DNA of 64,000 nucleotides from Patescibacteria group bacterium (GTDB taxonomy: Bacteria; Patescibacteriota; Patescibacteriia; JBHPGJ01), in the NCBI GenBank assembly GCA_042570545.1, contig JBHPGJ010000003.1, positions 8,214 through 72,213 on the forward strand, read 5' to 3'. The translations under genes and the position numbers were made by a program. Shown here in pieces: positions 1 to 8,555 of this stretch; the first letter of the stretch is position 1, and each line of letters begins with the position of its first letter. The notes under the pieces are model-generated. The model made no database searches. It saw nothing but the letters and a program-made list of their open reading frames with translations, and was not told where the DNA came from.

Positions 1-1812
1 CTGGCTGACCAGGCTGACCATACATAGCTTGACCGATCTTTTGGACTACAGTATTTAATTCATTAGTCGCCGAATCAATAGCAGCTTTATCATCACTATC
101 TTTCACCTTTTTTACCGCTTCAACTTTTTCTTGAATTTCTTTCTTAGTTTTATCATCTACTTTACTGCCGGCATCTTTTAGGGCTTTCTCGGTAGAATAA
201 ATCAAAGTATCGGCATTATTACGAGCATCGATCAGCTCCCGTTTTTTCTTATCCTCAGTAGCGTGGGCTTCGGCATCCTTTTTCATATTATTAACCTCAT
301 CTTCTGACAGGGCCGTTGAGGCTTGTATGGTAATCGTCTGCTCCTTACCAGTACCTTTGTCTTTGGCTTTGACATTGAGGATACCATTGGCATCGATATC
401 AAAGGTAACTTCGATTTGCGGCACACCGCGCGGAGCGGGCGGGATCCCCTCAAGCATGAAACGGCCTAAAGTTTTGTTATCATTGGCCATTTCCCGCTCA
501 CCTTGGAGTACGTGAATCTCTACTGAGGGCTGGTTGTCACCCGCCGTGGAGAATACTTGCTGTTTAGAGGTTGGAATAGTAGTATTGCGCTCAATCAATG
601 GAGTACGCACCCCACCCAACGTTTCTAAGCCCAAGGTCAACGGAGTAACATCAAGTAGTAAGACATCTTTAACATCACCTTGCAACACACCAGCCTGTAC
701 GGCGGCGCCCAGGGCTACTACTTCATCGGGATTGATGCCAACGTGCGGTTTTTTGCCAAAGAATTCTTCAACTTTTTTCTGGACTAGCGGCATTCGTGTC
801 TGTCCGCCTACTAGTAATACTTCATTTACATCTGACGGCTTCATACCAGCATCGTCTAAGGCTTTTTTAACCGGGTCAAAGGTCTTGTCGATCATATCAC
901 CGACTAGTTCTTCTAGCTTAGCTCTAGTTAGGGTCAATTGCATGTGTTTGGGACCATCATCATCAGTGGTGATAAAGGGCTGATTGATTTCTGTTTCCGC
1001 AGTAGTTGATAATTCGTGCTTAGCCTTCTCGGCTGCTTCTTTCAAACGCTGGAGAGCTAGATTGTCTTTAGACAAATCAATACCTTCCTGCTTTTTATAT
1101 TCATCTACTATCCAATCGATCAATACTTTATCCAGATCATCTCCGCCCAGATGAGTATTACCGTTGGTCGCTTTAACTTCGACGGTGTCTTCAGATACTT
1201 CAAGAATTGAAATATCAAATGTGCCACCGCCTAAATCATAGACAGCAATCTTTTCATCTTTTTTCTTGTTAAAGCCATAGGCTAGAGCGGCGGCGGTTGG
1301 TTCATTAATAATGCGTTTAACTTCAAAACCAGCTATCTTTCCGGCGTCTTTGGTAGCTTGACGCTGCGAGTCGTCAAAATAAGCCGGCACGGTGATAACA
1401 GCTTCTTTAATCTCTTCACCAAGTTTTTCCTCGGCATCCGCTTTTAATTTCTGTAATATCATAGCCGAAATTTCTTGCGGTGTATACTCTTTATCCGACA
1501 TTTTTACTTTTACTCCCTCACCCGCTTGATTGATGGTAAAAGGGAAAAGCTTGATATCACGCTGGACTTCATCATCCGAGTGACGTCGGCCGATCAAACG
1601 CTTGAGGGAAAACAAAGTGTTTTCAGCATTTGTTACGGCTTGCCGTTTAGCTAACAATCCAGCTAGACGCTCCCCTTTCTTATTGACGGCTACTATTGAA
1701 GGAGTTGTACGATTACCCTCTTTATTTTCTAAGATCTTAGGCTCACCACCTTCGATTATAGCCATAGCCGAGTTAGTTGTGCCTAGATCTATTCCTAATA
1801 TCTTACCCATAT
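1..1812 (-). CDS. dnaK: Molecular chaperone DnaK (Hsp70). N-terminus is complete and the gene runs off the window start.
   Basis: Reverse-strand translation from ATG at 1812 gives [22 protein letters not shown]...[12 protein letters not shown]...[11 protein letters not shown]...[15 protein letters not shown], the canonical Hsp70 motifs. The ORF is absent from the provided track only because it has no stop within the window. Confidence 0.95.
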
Positions 1813-1847
1813 ATTTGATTAAATTTATTCCTTAATTAATAAATAAT

Positions 1848-2180
1848 TTATTTAATAAAATTATCGATAGCGTTTGGTTCAGTCATTATCTCGTGGATAT
1901 CCATTACATCATCATCAGTAACATCATCAGCGCCGTCTAAGCCGATAATTTCTTCAGCCGATAAGTCGGTAATAACACCAGAAGCTTTAAGACCAAGCGG
2001 ATTCATCGACAAGACGGATACCACTCCTGAGCCGCAGTGCGAGCACTGGATAAATGTTAAGACTTGCTGATCTTTTTCGCCCAGTACTCTGACATTCTGA
2101 AAATTATAGGCAGTACTGCACACCGGACATCGTCCGTTTAATCGCATATTGAAACTGTTTGGATTTTGAAAGCGTTGCAT
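1848..2180 (-). CDS. Small zinc-ribbon protein (CxxC...CxxC) with an acidic C-terminal tail, immediately upstream of dnaK
   Basis: ORF track: 110 aa. Motifs CPVCS and CSHCG are about 25 aa apart, followed by the D/E-rich tail DGADDVTDDDVMDIHEIM. The true start may be the internal MRLNGR. Confidence 0.4.
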   Translation of the reverse strand: MQRFQNPNSFNMRLNGRCPVCSTAYNFQNVRVLGEKDQQVLTFIQCSHCGSGVVSVLSMNPLGLKASGVITDLSAEEIIGLDGADDVTDDDVMDIHEIMTEPNAIDNFIK

Positions 2181-2275
2181 ACGTTATTTAGTTTGACAAA
2201 ATGTTTTAATTATGGTTTACTACCGCTATAAATCGTTCCCGCGGTCTTTAACTTCTCACCGCGAGGGGGTGCACC

Positions 2276-2701
2276 TTGCATTTGAAGATCGCCAACATAT
2301 CAGTTGTCCGCCCCAAGATACGCGTGAAGCTTTTGCTTTGCACCATGGCCATGATCATCCCTGGCCTCGCATTTCTCTACTTCCTCCGGTCTTCTGACCA
2401 TGCTGCCACCTTCATCTTTCACGGGTATCTGATCTGCCTTGCGGGTTACGTTTGCCTTCGGGCTAAGAAAATCACCGCTGAAAACACGTTGGACATACCC
2501 TGGTACGAAAGTACCTATCTCGTAGGAGGTTACATTGCCCTAGTGTTACTGATCATCAACCTGTTGCTGTCTGCAGCCAATCACACTTTGGGTTTTGCCC
2601 TGCTGATCCTGCTGGCCGATGTTTTCTATCTGGCCATCACCATGTTCACCATTTCCTACGCGTTCTATGCGCGTGAAGATCACTTAGCACGGGATACTTA
2701 A
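2276..2701 (+). CDS. Small polytopic membrane protein (about 4 TM) in a GC-rich island. The alternative start at ATG 2345 (MAMIIPGLAF) is more plausible.
   Basis: ORF track: 141 aa. Hydrophobic segments IIPGLAFLYF, YLICLAGYVCL, GGYIALVLLIINLLL and LLILLADVFYLAITMF. GC content is clearly higher than the flanks. Confidence 0.45.
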   Translation: MHLKIANISVVRPKIRVKLLLCTMAMIIPGLAFLYFLRSSDHAATFIFHGYLICLAGYVCLRAKKITAENTLDIPWYESTYLVGGYIALVLLIINLLLSAANHTLGFALLILLADVFYLAITMFTISYAFYAREDHLARDT

Positions 2702-2730
2702 CCCAGCGTCACGATGCGTGCGGCGCCCCA

Positions 2731-2770
2731 GCCTTCATTATGCTTCGGCAGAAGAAGGCTTTATTTTATT
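2731..2770 (+). terminator. Rho-independent terminator after the GC-rich membrane-protein ORF
   Basis: Hairpin gccttc-attatgcttcggcaga-gaaggc followed by tttattttatt. Confidence 0.5.
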
Positions 2771-2790
2771 CGTAGAAAGTACATATTCCT

Positions 2791-2882
2791 GGGGCAGTCG
2801 CGCGGTTATGATTTTTAAACTGGCAATTTTAACCGTGGGACTGCCCCAAGTCTCAAATCATATAGAACAAGTTTGAGAGACT
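2791..2882. other. Two consecutive strong stem-loops between convergent genes, including a 17-bp imperfect stem
   Basis: The first pairs ggggcagtcgcgcggtt (2791-2807) with aaccgtgggactgcccc (2831-2847). The second pairs agtctcaaa (2849-2857) with tttgagagact (2872-2882). Neither is followed by a clean U-tract on either strand. Confidence 0.4.
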
Positions 2883-2888
2883 TGGGAG

Positions 2889-3299
2889 CTATTTATCAAT
2901 CTGGACAGAAATTTTCTTTGGCTTGGCTTCTTCCTTTTTGGGAATAGTGATTTTTAAAACACCATCGGTAAATTTGGCATCGGCCTTGTCGCCGGCAACG
3001 GCTTTGGGCAGCGATACGGCCCGGTAGAATGAACCAGAACGTATCTCTTTGCGGTAGTAGCTTTTCTCATCTACTTCTGATTTTTTCTCCGTTTTTCCGG
3101 AAAGTGTCAGAACGTTGTCTTCGATCTCGATATCAACATCTTCTGGCTTGATACCGGCTAGGGGCGTCTCGACAATGACATTATCATGATCTTCATAGAC
3201 ATCTATGGCCGGAGTAAACGATACCATTTTGTCGGGTACATCGAAGAATTCTTCCATATCGGGCCACATCATACGCGGTGACCTTTTAATAAGTGACAT
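2889..3299 (-). CDS. Small heat-shock protein, Hsp20/alpha-crystallin family
   Basis: 136 aa. Alpha-crystallin domain pattern (AIDVYEDHDNVIVETPLAGIKPEDVDIEIEDNVLTLSGKTE...SGSFYRAVSLP...DGVLKITIPK). Lies inside the hrcA-grpE heat-shock operon. Confidence 0.85.
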   Translation of the reverse strand: MSLIKRSPRMMWPDMEEFFDVPDKMVSFTPAIDVYEDHDNVIVETPLAGIKPEDVDIEIEDNVLTLSGKTEKKSEVDEKSYYRKEIRSGSFYRAVSLPKAVAGDKADAKFTDGVLKITIPKKEEAKPKKISVQIDK

Positions 3300-3300
3300 A

Positions 3301-3834
3301 TTATTTTACACCTCCTTCTTTATTATCTTCTCTTTTCTTTGATTCAGCAGCAACAATGACTTTGGCTGCTTGAATTATGTTTTCTTGCATTTGATAGCCC
3401 GGCTCAACTACTCCGATAATATCATTCGGTTTATGCTTATCTGACGGCCGGTGCTCGACGGCTTCATGAAACCATGGATTAAAATGCTTGGTTTCGACTT
3501 CTTTAATATTTAAATTACTTAACATATCGTCTAGCTGTTTCTTGATAGCAATAATACCCTTGACCCAGTCTTTTTCTTTCTCGTTTTCGGGGATATGTTC
3601 GGCAGCACGTTTAAAATTAGTATGCAGCGGTAGAAAGTCCAAGATCATGGCAACGGTAGCAAATTTAGCCAGTTCTTCTTTTTCTTTTTCTACCTGCTTC
3701 TTATAATTTAGATAATCAGCCTTGGCTCGCTGCCAGCCGGCCAGATATTCATCGGCTTTTTTCTTTAAAGCGGTAAATTCGTTATCACTGGTTGATTGGG
3801 TTTGAACTTCGTCTTCCTTTTTATCTTTGGTCAT
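3301..3834 (-). CDS. grpE: Nucleotide exchange factor GrpE
   Basis: 177 aa with a coiled-coil N-terminus and the GrpE C-terminal domain (DFLPLHTNFKRA...KGIIAIKKQLDDML). Positioned between hrcA and hsp20/dnaK. Confidence 0.8.
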   Translation of the reverse strand: MTKDKKEDEVQTQSTSDNEFTALKKKADEYLAGWQRAKADYLNYKKQVEKEKEELAKFATVAMILDFLPLHTNFKRAAEHIPENEKEKDWVKGIIAIKKQLDDMLSNLNIKEVETKHFNPWFHEAVEHRPSDKHKPNDIIGVVEPGYQMQENIIQAAKVIVAAESKKREDNKEGGVK

Positions 3835-3842
3835 TAATATTT

Positions 3843-4529
3843 TTATAATTTAGTTACTAATTGTTTGGAATAAATAAGTAGAGCGTGGTGATGCTGATAA
3901 TCCTGCCGGATGGGACCAAGAATGCCCATTAATCCGCGTTTGCTTTTGGTAGCTATAAAACCACATTGAACGCCAAAAGGATTTTCTTTACCAATAAATA
4001 CCTCTACCTGGTTATCTATCTTTTCAAACAGCTCTTCCACTACCTCGTCTAAATGATCTATAACATCAGACAGCTCATAAATTATTTCCTGTTGGGCAAA
4101 CTCTGGCTGACGGAATAGATTAGCAATGCCCGTGTAGAAATTATCATTAGGATTGAAGCTGAAGATCACCGTCTGCTTGGACATTATTGCCATTTCTTTG
4201 GCCATTTCTTTTATCGACTGATTGATCTCTGTCCCCCGTTTCAACGCGTCAGCTAATTGTTTTTCCATTGATTTTGCTAATGCCGCTTCCTTCATTCCAG
4301 AATCAAGATAGAATTTCCAGGCTTTTTCTGTCGGTAAACGGCCAGCCGAAGTATGCGGCTGATAAAGATAACCTTGTTTATCCAAATCCATCATTTCGTT
4401 GCGGATGGTAGCTGGAGAAACTTTAACGTTGTACTTATCAACAATCACAGATGAACCAACGGGCTGGGCTTCTCGGATATGTTCGCGAATAATAGTTGTT
4501 AAAAGCTCCTTTTTGCGGTCAGTTAGCAT
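3843..4529 (-). CDS. hrcA: Heat-inducible transcriptional repressor HrcA
   Basis: 228 aa. N-terminal winged helix (LLTTIIREHIREAQPVGSSVIV...SPATIRNEMMDLDKQGYL). A CIRCE operator lies immediately upstream, followed by grpE. Confidence 0.85.
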   Translation of the reverse strand: MLTDRKKELLTTIIREHIREAQPVGSSVIVDKYNVKVSPATIRNEMMDLDKQGYLYQPHTSAGRLPTEKAWKFYLDSGMKEAALAKSMEKQLADALKRGTEINQSIKEMAKEMAIMSKQTVIFSFNPNDNFYTGIANLFRQPEFAQQEIIYELSDVIDHLDEVVEELFEKIDNQVEVFIGKENPFGVQCGFIATKSKRGLMGILGPIRQDYQHHHALLIYSKQLVTKL

Positions 4530-4567
4530 ATTTTTGCCTATGTTTAATACAGCTTATGGCTACTAAT

Positions 4568-4594
4568 TAGCACTCTATCATTGAGAGTGCTAAT
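4568..4594. promoter_or_regulatory. CIRCE operator (HrcA binding site), perfect inverted repeat
   Basis: TTAGCACTC-tatcattga-GAGTGCTAA read directly: a 9-bp inverted repeat with a 9-bp spacer, matching the CIRCE consensus exactly. Confidence 0.9.
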
Positions 4595-4597
4595 GTA

Positions 4598-4626
4598 TTA
4601 TATATACCCATATATTTAGTGTCAAA
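4598..4626 (-). promoter_or_regulatory. Sigma70-type promoter for the hrcA operon, consensus -35 and -10
   Basis: On the minus strand: TTGACA-N17-TATAAT (plus-strand tgtcaa 4621-4626 and attata 4598-4603), immediately followed by CIRCE and about 70 nt before the hrcA start. Confidence 0.7.
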
Positions 4627-4751
4627 TTATTGTATCAGGGTATGAATTATTGAAGAAGAATACCCGTTACCCATAAGTAAATATTTATCATATGCTAGCT
4701 TAAAACCGACCTCCTGATAGACTCCTATCTTAACTAAGGTATATATAATTT

Positions 4752-5663
4752 TTATCCAGCGGTTCCTTGTGATACAGCGTTGAGGACAAAGTCGATAAAT
4801 ATCCAACTTAAAACGACTAATACAATGCCAATGGTAGCATATAACAATGTACTTTTACCAACTCTTATTTTTTCCTGATTACCGCCAGATAAGATCCAGG
4901 TAAAGCCACCCCAGACGAACATAAAGGTTCCAAAAACTCCTAGCACGCCAAGAGCAATACGGATTATATTGGTCATTACGCACTTTATATCATCGCAACC
5001 TGCCGGATTAGGTATGGTGGCCGTCCTAGAAAAAAGATAAGCTGAGGTGCTGGCTTCAGCGGCAGTCATGGGCACGGACAAGCCCGGGACATTGACCCCA
5101 TCACAACCAGAATTAGACATAGTGGACAGGTGGGTATGACCATCGTGGATATCAATATATTTAGCTTTGCCGTGACAGGCACCGCTCGGAAAGATCAGTG
5201 CACGAATGGCAGTGTATAACGCCGGCTCCATAGTTGGATCGTTAGCATTAAAATCAACCGCTTCGGCACCGGTAGTTCCATACCGGCCGCCATAGTGACA
5301 TGAATAAATAGCATGACAGGCGTTCGTTTGACAGGCTACGTCCATCCCGCAATCTCTTATACCGCGGGTGTAGTTGAGAGTGTCAACTTGGGGATCTATC
5401 TGATAAGTATATATTTTATTTGGGTCAATTAATGTCGGGTCGGGAATATTGGTTTGTATACAACCAATAAGACTATTGAGATCGGCTGAATTTTGGGCTG
5501 GGAATGGTACCCCGTACTGCGCCGCCAGCAAACTAGGATCATTACAAACGGCTTGCGCCAGCTTATAGCTGTCACCTTCGGCAGCTATAGTTTCTGTTGG
5601 GACAACAACCAGTGTAATTACAGTTAAAACACCAAACAATATTATTAACTTGATTTTATTCAT
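4752..5663 (-). CDS. Secreted cysteine-rich protein with a C-terminal double-TM anchor. Possibly a VirB2/TrbC-like pilin topology with a large N-terminal domain.
   Basis: 303 aa. N-terminal signal peptide (MNKIKLIILFGVLTVITLVVVP). About 11 Cys and many His in the central domain. The C-terminus carries two hydrophobic helices (ALGVLGVFGTFMFVWGGFTWIL / TLLYATIGIVLVVLSWIFIDFVL) separated by a short basic loop. Confidence 0.55.
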   Translation of the reverse strand: MNKIKLIILFGVLTVITLVVVPTETIAAEGDSYKLAQAVCNDPSLLAAQYGVPFPAQNSADLNSLIGCIQTNIPDPTLIDPNKIYTYQIDPQVDTLNYTRGIRDCGMDVACQTNACHAIYSCHYGGRYGTTGAEAVDFNANDPTMEPALYTAIRALIFPSGACHGKAKYIDIHDGHTHLSTMSNSGCDGVNVPGLSVPMTAAEASTSAYLFSRTATIPNPAGCDDIKCVMTNIIRIALGVLGVFGTFMFVWGGFTWILSGGNQEKIRVGKSTLLYATIGIVLVVLSWIFIDFVLNAVSQGTAG

Positions 5664-5869
5664 ATTAACATTATATCATTTTTTGCTTACTTATTCAGCT
5701 AATAAATAATTGATACTTGCAATATCAAGAAAATTTTAATATTTATTATATTAATTAGAATAACGAGTTTAGTTCAGATACCATTGACAAAACTTAATTT
5801 TTGTAATAAATTCATTGGCTACATTTGAAGTTCGATAACAATTCACTCTTGCCTTAAAGGAGGCTAATT

Positions 5870-6628
5870 ATGAGCACCAGTCGAGTGATTGGTCTGGTGG
5901 TGGCGCTAGTTACGGCCGCTGCCAATTGGTTGGTTTTTTACTGGGTAGCCGTCAAATTTGGTAGCCCGGCGCCTGAGTTCATCGCTTGGATCGTTCTCCT
6001 GTCGGTCGTACTGCATGAGATCGGCCACCTGATCGTACTGGAGGCTAACGGTATCAAGACCTACCTGGTTTTTCTCGTCATCCTCGGTGGTGCCATACCT
6101 GATCCCAAACATAAAGACAAATACCTTGGCCTACCGCATCACACCCTGGCCCAGATATACTTGGCCGGTGTTACCCTGAATCTACTGATGGTGCTGGGCT
6201 CAGTAGTACTGTACTGGCTGGGTGATATCTCAGCTCGAGAGCTTGGCCAGATCACCAACCTCAGCGGCATCATGATCCTCTTCAACCTCTTGCCCATCTG
6301 GATCTTCGACGGTGGACGGTTTGCTAAGATATTCTTTGACAGCTCGCCGGAGGACAAGGATACGGGTTACGTGATCAAATTCACCGCCATCATCGGCGTC
6401 GTCTTCTTCCTTCTGACCCTACTGACGGAGTACAGCTTCATCTTCTCACTGCTGCTGCTCTTCTGGGGGTTGCATTTCCGAGCCAATCACGACGATCCTA
6501 TGGGCAGCCACAGTAAGCAGGCCATGTCTAAGAAACAGCTCAAAGGCTGGGCCTACTACTACGCCGCCCTGATGATACTGGCCGCCTACTTTATGGCCTC
6601 AACTGATAAGTGGTACATCAGCGGCTGA
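5870..6628 (+). CDS. M50 (site-2 protease/SpoIVFB-like) family integral-membrane zinc metalloprotease, encoded on a GC-rich island
   Basis: 252 aa. HEIGH zinc-binding motif in a TM helix (LHEIGHLIVLE) and a second motif NLLPIWIFDGG (the M50 LDG motif). About 6 TM segments. Strong SD aaaggaggctaattATG. GC about 55% against about 38% flanks. Confidence 0.7.
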   Translation: MSTSRVIGLVVALVTAAANWLVFYWVAVKFGSPAPEFIAWIVLLSVVLHEIGHLIVLEANGIKTYLVFLVILGGAIPDPKHKDKYLGLPHHTLAQIYLAGVTLNLLMVLGSVVLYWLGDISARELGQITNLSGIMILFNLLPIWIFDGGRFAKIFFDSSPEDKDTGYVIKFTAIIGVVFFLLTLLTEYSFIFSLLLLFWGLHFRANHDDPMGSHSKQAMSKKQLKGWAYYYAALMILAAYFMASTDKWYISG

Positions 6629-6653
6629 ATAAATTTTGAAAGGAGGACGTACC

Positions 6654-6920
6654 ATGCGTGCACAACCAAAATACAGCAAAGAAGAGTTTGCCGCTATGGA
6701 GCCTCATAAGCATGTCATCGTCGACAGTGGAAATCGGACTTGGATAGTACTGATGAAGTACTCGCAAGGTGACGAGCCACCGTCGTTTCTGATGCGCTGC
6801 ACCGGCCAGAGAGCCCAGCGAATCACCTTGGACGATCAGAAAGGACTGATTGACGATGACGGTCTGCCAATACTCGAACTCAATCATCACACCGCCCGCA
6901 TCAAAGAGGTCGAGGATTAA
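6654..6920 (+). CDS. Small soluble protein of unknown function on the same GC-rich island. Start placed at ATG 6654, not the track start 6636.
   Basis: SD aaaggagga lies 7 nt before ATG 6654 (MRAQPKYSKEEFAAMEPHKHVIVDSG...). The track start at 6636 lies inside the SD. A terminator follows. Confidence 0.5.
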   Translation: MRAQPKYSKEEFAAMEPHKHVIVDSGNRTWIVLMKYSQGDEPPSFLMRCTGQRAQRITLDDQKGLIDDDGLPILELNHHTARIKEVED

Positions 6921-6946
6921 ATCATGTAGCTTTGCACACCCAACCG

Positions 6947-6987
6947 GGAGCAGATCATATCAGGTCTGCTCCTACTTATTTTTATTT
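6947..6987 (+). terminator. Rho-independent terminator ending the GC-rich island
   Basis: ggagcaga-tcatatcagg-tctgctcc (8-bp stem) followed by tacttatttttatttat. Confidence 0.6.
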
Positions 6988-6996
6988 ATATTCCAC

Positions 6997-7704
6997 TTAT
7001 AAATCTAGCAAGGCGCTCCAGCCTTGTCTTGAACGGCTGACCTCAGCCGGAAAAGTACCTTTAAATTTTGACACTCCTTCATGTATCTCGTAGTTCTTCA
7101 TGGTAAAGCCGGGTATTTCATTCATCAGTTCATTGATCTTATCTTCGAAAAATTCCTCCGCCTGTTCTTGATAATTTTCGGGTACGGTAAATATGCCTAA
7201 TTTGGCCTGGTCAATCTCTAGATCAATTGTATTGGTTGCTACTTGATCGACCATCACTTTTACATAAACCGGAGCTTTGATATACCGATTCAACATAGTA
7301 GAAATTTCCAGTCCCCCTTCTATTTTTTTAACTTGAACATCAGAAAAGATCGGGTCATCGCCCTCAAAGCGCTGCAGCCAGGAAGTGATCTCTTCATTAT
7401 TAGTACTAGTATCAACTTCTAATGTGCCGCTGAACAAATCATCAGCCCCGCTGGCATAATCGGCCGGGTCGCCGACAATTTTCATTGGTATCTTTTTCTT
7501 AATACTGGCCAAATCTTCAGCGCTGGTTTCGACACCCAGATCTTTTGGCTTATTCATACCAAAGACGGCCGAGATGCCAGGTATAGAATAAAGGCCAGTA
7601 GCACCAATGCCTATTATCAATACTAACAACACCGCAACAATAATTATAATCGCCAACCTTAAGCGATGTCTTTTTTTGGGGACTTCTTTTTTCTCTTCTT
7701 CCAT
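6997..7704 (-). CDS. Membrane-anchored protein, tandem paralog 2 (Lys-rich N-terminus, single TM, conserved G-L-x-x-I-P-G motif)
   Basis: 235 aa. KKEVPKKRHRLRL, then a TM, then GLYSIPGISAVFGMNKPKDLGVE. Shares architecture and motifs with the adjacent upstream gene. Confidence 0.6.
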   Translation of the reverse strand: MEEEKKEVPKKRHRLRLAIIIIVAVLLVLIIGIGATGLYSIPGISAVFGMNKPKDLGVETSAEDLASIKKKIPMKIVGDPADYASGADDLFSGTLEVDTSTNNEEITSWLQRFEGDDPIFSDVQVKKIEGGLEISTMLNRYIKAPVYVKVMVDQVATNTIDLEIDQAKLGIFTVPENYQEQAEEFFEDKINELMNEIPGFTMKNYEIHEGVSKFKGTFPAEVSRSRQGWSALLDL

Positions 7705-7728
7705 TTATTAAAGATATTAGAATAATGA

Positions 7729-8448
7729 TTACTCTACTAATTCAATTGTCTCTGGATAGGTGCCTTTAAAATCAACGAAGTTATCTTTAAAAATCAGTCG
7801 TTCGATGCTAAAACCTTCCACCAAACTCATACGATCACTTACCAACTCAGTGGCTGCTTCTTCAAATTGCTGGACAAAATTCTGAGGAATTGGTAGGCGA
7901 CCAATCTTGATCTGTTTGACGTCAAAAGACAAGGTCTTGTCCTTTGTCGTGGTAATATCCGATTTTATGTATATGGGCGAACTGATAAATTCATTTAATT
8001 TAAACGAGGCCTCAGCTCCGCCGTCATAAAATCTAACCTGAATACTTTCAAATACACCTGAGTTTTGAAAACGATCATTTACAAATGAAGAAAATTCTTC
8101 TGAAGTAACATCATTGGTGACCGGAACTGAACCGGTATAAACTCTATCAACCTCTAAGGGCGAGGTCGATGGTGGCGTGGGCAACTCTGATAATTTCCAG
8201 GGAGTTTTGGCCAGACCCGACGTGATCGCCTCATCACTTATCTCAACGCCCAGATCTATCGGCTTATGACTGCCGAATAAGTGAGTTAGCCCGGGAATAT
8301 TGAATAACCCGGTATAGCCGATAGCTAACAATGGCAAGATGACAAAAATAAAGAGGATAATTGATATCCATATCCATTTTTTCTTGCTTTTCTTTTTTGG
8401 TTTTTCCTCCTCTGGTTTATCTGGTTTGGATTCTGACTGTTCGTCCAT
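7729..8448 (-). CDS. Membrane-anchored protein, tandem paralog 1
   Basis: 239 aa. KPKKKSKKKW, then a TM, then GLFNIPGLTHLFGSHKPIDLGVE. Same architecture as 6997..7704. Confidence 0.6.
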   Translation of the reverse strand: MDEQSESKPDKPEEEKPKKKSKKKWIWISIILFIFVILPLLAIGYTGLFNIPGLTHLFGSHKPIDLGVEISDEAITSGLAKTPWKLSELPTPPSTSPLEVDRVYTGSVPVTNDVTSEEFSSFVNDRFQNSGVFESIQVRFYDGGAEASFKLNEFISSPIYIKSDITTTKDKTLSFDVKQIKIGRLPIPQNFVQQFEEAATELVSDRMSLVEGFSIERLIFKDNFVDFKGTYPETIELVE

Positions 8449-8521
8449 ATCAATAATTTAATGATAATTACTAGGTCATTCTACTCTAATCCTAACTATT
8501 AAATCAAGCTAGAAATAACTA

Positions 8522-8550
8522 TTGACAAAATATTTTGTGGGTATAGAATA
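8522..8550 (+). promoter_or_regulatory. Sigma70-like promoter driving an orphan GC-rich transcript
   Basis: TTGACA (8522-8527), a 16-nt spacer, then TAGAAT (8544-8549). No annotated CDS lies downstream on the plus strand. Confidence 0.45.
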
Positions 8551-8555
8551 CAGGC

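Noticed and set aside
327-983. Plus-strand ORFs (62 and 149 aa) and 1602..1835
   Set aside because: They are antisense to a full-length, unmistakable dnaK reading frame. Their composition is Ser/Thr/Pro-rich, which is typical of antisense frames.
6636-6653. Track start codon ATG 6636 for the small island protein
   Set aside because: That ATG is part of the aaaggagg SD. The downstream ATG 6654 has correct SD spacing.
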